In this document: in pieces, positions 54,013-56,233 of the stretch
Layout of the letters: every line of letters begins with the position of its first letter
Numbering within the stretch: position 1 is the stretch's first letter
Origin: Thermodesulfovibrionales bacterium
GTDB lineage: Bacteria > Nitrospirota > Thermodesulfovibrionia > Thermodesulfovibrionales > UBA9159
Direction: 5' to 3'
Length of the DNA stretch: 56,233 nucleotides
NCBI GenBank assembly: GCA_919901585.1
Contig: CAKKPH010000085.1
Location: 1 to 56,233, forward strand
Notes under the pieces: generated by a model
Told to the model about the DNA's origin: nothing
The model's database searches: none
Seen by the model: the letters and a program-made list of their open reading frames with translations, nothing else
Program-made: the position numbers and the translations under genes

Positions 54013-55008
54013 CTACATCAGCTCATAAACGTAAATACTCCCCTTCTGGTAATGCAGCTTAAACTTCTCAAGATTGAACGGGTTGGATGAGGTAAACGGC
54101 AAGAGCTTTGCTATGAGTTTGGCCTTATCCTCGTCTTTCGTAAGGTAATAGACCCTCACCGAGCCTTCACTTGAAGGTTCGACCATATAATTCTTTATCC
54201 CTTTTTCATTCATCCAGACCTTGACCTGCTTGATTGTCCCGTGAATATCGCCGGCCAAGACAAATTCCTTATATTCGACACCGAACTTCCCCTTTGTGAG
54301 TTCATTGAGGGCGGTCAGGTCCCTGAAGTCCGCAACAATAAAAGTCCTTTTGCCCTGAGAGAGGTCTTTCAGAATGCGGTAGCCTTCTTCCTCTCCGGAG
54401 AGCATGGCATCAGTATATTTTTTAAACCTCTCATGTCCTTCCTTCGTAGTCTTACCCTTCCAGAACCCTCTCTCAAAGTCTGATATCGCCTTTGAGTGCT
54501 TCTGCCATATATCAGGGATAAAGAGCGGATAGCCGATATGTTCATCTGCAAGCACAGCCCTCTCTGTAAAGAGTTTTATTCTTAGACAGTTGTCCCACCA
54601 CGACATCAGCAGGTCGCCCTCTCCGGTATTCTTGAGTATCTCCTTGTAGAGCGCCTGATATACCTCATTGCTGACCGGAAGTGTTATGACCGGAAACGGA
54701 CTGTCAGACTTGTAATCAATAAGCACAGGCGGACTATTCTTCCTTTCGGCTGTATAGAAAGTTGCTACAGGTTTATCAATGGTCGGAAGCCTGGTTTCGT
54801 ATTTTTTGATAGTAAGGTCTTCATTGCCGCTGATATTGAGATCAGTAAACTTTGAAGGTTTCCCTGTCTCTTTGAGGACATACTTGTAGGGAATATTTCC
54901 GCCAGAACTATAAAGGTTGTAAATATAGTACAAAAAAAGGGAAAGCCCTCCTGCAATCATCAGGAATCCGATGGTCAGGAGGGCCTTCTTCTTAAGACCG
55001 TCTTTCAC
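54013..55008 (-). CDS. Uncharacterised N-terminally membrane-anchored protein immediately downstream of the HAO-family gene (HaoB-like position and architecture)
   Basis: 331 aa with a single N-terminal TM helix (ALLTIGFLMIAGGLSLFLYYIY) and a large extracytoplasmic domain. It starts 25 nt after the HAO-like stop. Homology to HaoB cannot be verified from memory. Confidence 0.5.
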   Translation of the reverse strand: MKDGLKKKALLTIGFLMIAGGLSLFLYYIYNLYSSGGNIPYKYVLKETGKPSKFTDLNISGNEDLTIKKYETRLPTIDKPVATFYTAERKNSPPVLIDYKSDSPFPVITLPVSNEVYQALYKEILKNTGEGDLLMSWWDNCLRIKLFTERAVLADEHIGYPLFIPDIWQKHSKAISDFERGFWKGKTTKEGHERFKKYTDAMLSGEEEGYRILKDLSQGKRTFIVADFRDLTALNELTKGKFGVEYKEFVLAGDIHGTIKQVKVWMNEKGIKNYMVEPSSEGSVRVYYLTKDEDKAKLIAKLLPFTSSNPFNLEKFKLHYQKGSIYVYELM

Positions 55009-55032
55009 TCACTCGTCCGGAGCAGATGGATT

Positions 55033-56232
55033 TCACTTCTTTCTCGTTGTATGGTACAGGATCAGTCCTCCGACAAGCAGCAGGCCCATCCCTGTGAAGC
55101 CTACAGCGCTCGCCTTCAGTCTGTTGTTTGTCTGCTCCACACCCGCAATCTTCTTCTTGAGTGCAGCCATTTCCCTTATCTTTGTGTTCTCGTCCATTAT
55201 CCTTGCATATCTGCCGAGCAGCGGCACCCATCCGTGAGAGTATGTGTAACCTCCTGGGTTCATATGGGTAGCGCCTTTATAGAGCTTAATTAAATCATGC
55301 TCCCACATCTCAGCATATTCCCTCTCGATTGCAGACGGGTTATTCCCCTGTGCCCAGAAGAGCTGTAGGAAGTCACCCGGTCCGTCTTTAGTAGGTGCCG
55401 GAGGCATAGGACGGTTGGTCTTCTGTCCGGTAAGCAGGCCCTCATTGTATAAGGCCTGAACTACTTTCTTCGCCTCCTGCTCTTTCTCGATACCGGCAAA
55501 GATGGCCTGATCCGCAGTCTTGAGATATTCTTCTGCAAACCTTCCACTGTGGCAGTTCTGGCATGTTTTTACCCAGAGAGCCTGCCGCTTTGTGAACCAT
55601 TCGTGGTTGAGGTTGTTTGCGATCTCAGGTGTCGGATTAAAGGCCCACCTTACCTTCCTGACGAGATTATGACTGAATTCACCGTCTGTCTCGAAGTGGC
55701 AGAAAGCACATGTTGGAGCAGTCAAGCCGCCCTTGGAAATAGCATCCTTAAGCGGTGCTTCCCAGTCCCATTTGTTGCCCTGCGTGTAGTAAACAGTGCC
55801 ATGTTTTGAGAGCTGGTAATTCTCGAACTCATTGTGGTCAACACCGTTATGGCACATTGCACATGCCTCAGGCTTCCTTGCCTCTGCTGCTGAGAAGGTA
55901 TGCCTTGTGTGGCAGCCATCACACTTGTTCTGGTTGTAGTGGCAGGAGTCGCAGCCCTGTGCTATTGCGCGCTGCGGCATGCCGGCCCATATTGCGGTTT
56001 CTACATTTGCGCGGTAGTCAAGGGCATGCGAAGGCCTTCCGTCAGGCCACTGGCCTTGCGGCCATTTCAGCTCTTTTTCAGACTCGGATTCGACAAACTC
56101 CTTAAGGTGGCACGTGCCGCACGAAGCCCTGTCAGGCAGTTTAAGGTTTTTGGCATGGTCAACCTTTTTTACGCCTACACCTGCGTGGCAATCTATGCAG
56201 CCGACTTCCTTAAGCTGGGCGTCCTTGCCTAA
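55033..56232 (-). CDS. Hydroxylamine oxidoreductase (HAO)-family multihaem cytochrome c, 5'-partial (runs off the window), with a C-terminal TM helix
   Basis: The frame stays open upstream of the ORF-track Met through to the window edge (LGKDAQLKEVGCIDCHAG...). Seven CxxCH motifs lie in the window: CIDCH, CGTCH, CDSCH, CDGCH, CAMCH, CAFCH and CQNCH. The HAO-type motif CHNGVDHNEFENYQLSKHG is present, as is the C-terminal anchor GFTGMGLLLVGGLILY. Confidence 0.8.
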   Translation of the reverse strand, partial: LGKDAQLKEVGCIDCHAGVGVKKVDHAKNLKLPDRASCGTCHLKEFVESESEKELKWPQGQWPDGRPSHALDYRANVETAIWAGMPQRAIAQGCDSCHYNQNKCDGCHTRHTFSAAEARKPEACAMCHNGVDHNEFENYQLSKHGTVYYTQGNKWDWEAPLKDAISKGGLTAPTCAFCHFETDGEFSHNLVRKVRWAFNPTPEIANNLNHEWFTKRQALWVKTCQNCHSGRFAEEYLKTADQAIFAGIEKEQEAKKVVQALYNEGLLTGQKTNRPMPPAPTKDGPGDFLQLFWAQGNNPSAIEREYAEMWEHDLIKLYKGATHMNPGGYTYSHGWVPLLGRYARIMDENTKIREMAALKKKIAGVEQTNNRLKASAVGFTGMGLLLVGGLILYHTTRKK

Positions 56233-56233
56233 A

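Noticed and set aside
1-56233. Search for CRISPR arrays, rRNA genes, integrases, transposases and phage or defence-system hallmarks
   Set aside because: I saw no spaced direct-repeat array by eye and no ORF with recombinase, transposase, Cas, restriction or toxin-antitoxin signatures. The only RNA gene I can fold is tRNA-Pro.

Overview
This is a densely coding 56.2-kb bacterial chromosomal window with no rRNA, CRISPR array, transposase or phage genes. The taxon cannot be fixed from sequence alone. CooC, a class II RNR, many multihaem cytochromes, sigma-54 control and AGA/AGG/ATA-rich codon usage suggest an uncultured anaerobe or microaerophile, possibly Nitrospirota- or Desulfobacterota-like (inference).

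The region 0-20 kb is mostly core genes: rlmI-like, gatA, gatB, moeA, pepA, a DksA-like protein, hsp20, inositol-3-phosphate synthase, copZ-like, and the classic thrS-infC-rpmI-rplT-pheS-pheT operon. CooC-like, Zn-ADH and LsrF-like aldolase genes follow.

The region 20-31 kb holds two MacB/FtsX-type permeases plus a lipoprotein, an EamA transporter, rarA, nrdJ, and a haem-sensor (CxxCH) histidine kinase with an OmpR-type regulator.

The region 31-46 kb is the accessory region of interest. On the + strand it has an outer-membrane barrel, two pentahaem cytochromes c (one a lipoprotein) and a cupredoxin. Convergent to these is a ~11.5-kb minus-strand cluster that starts right beside tRNA-Pro(GGG). 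In order it encodes:
- a histidine kinase
- a sigma-54 (NtrC-type) regulator
- a small dihaem cytochrome
- a secreted beta-propeller
- two MacB-type ABC systems, one permease broken by a single in-frame TAG
- three uncharacterised membrane-anchored proteins, two of them tandem paralogues
- a YtkA/FixH-like protein

The propeller's Lys/His/Glu/Asp pattern matches, at near-constant offset, the trinuclear-copper site of thiocyanate dehydrogenase (TcDH) as I recall it. Two near-identical, perfect sigma-54 promoters (TGGCAC-N5-TTGC) precede the cytochrome and TcDH-like genes.

The region 46-56 kb holds ihfA, a MerR regulator, tatA/B, tatC, a HEAT-repeat/HD-GYP pair, a CsgG-like lipoprotein and a Crp/Fnr regulator. 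At the right edge is a partial HAO-family multihaem cytochrome followed by a membrane-anchored protein in the HaoB position.
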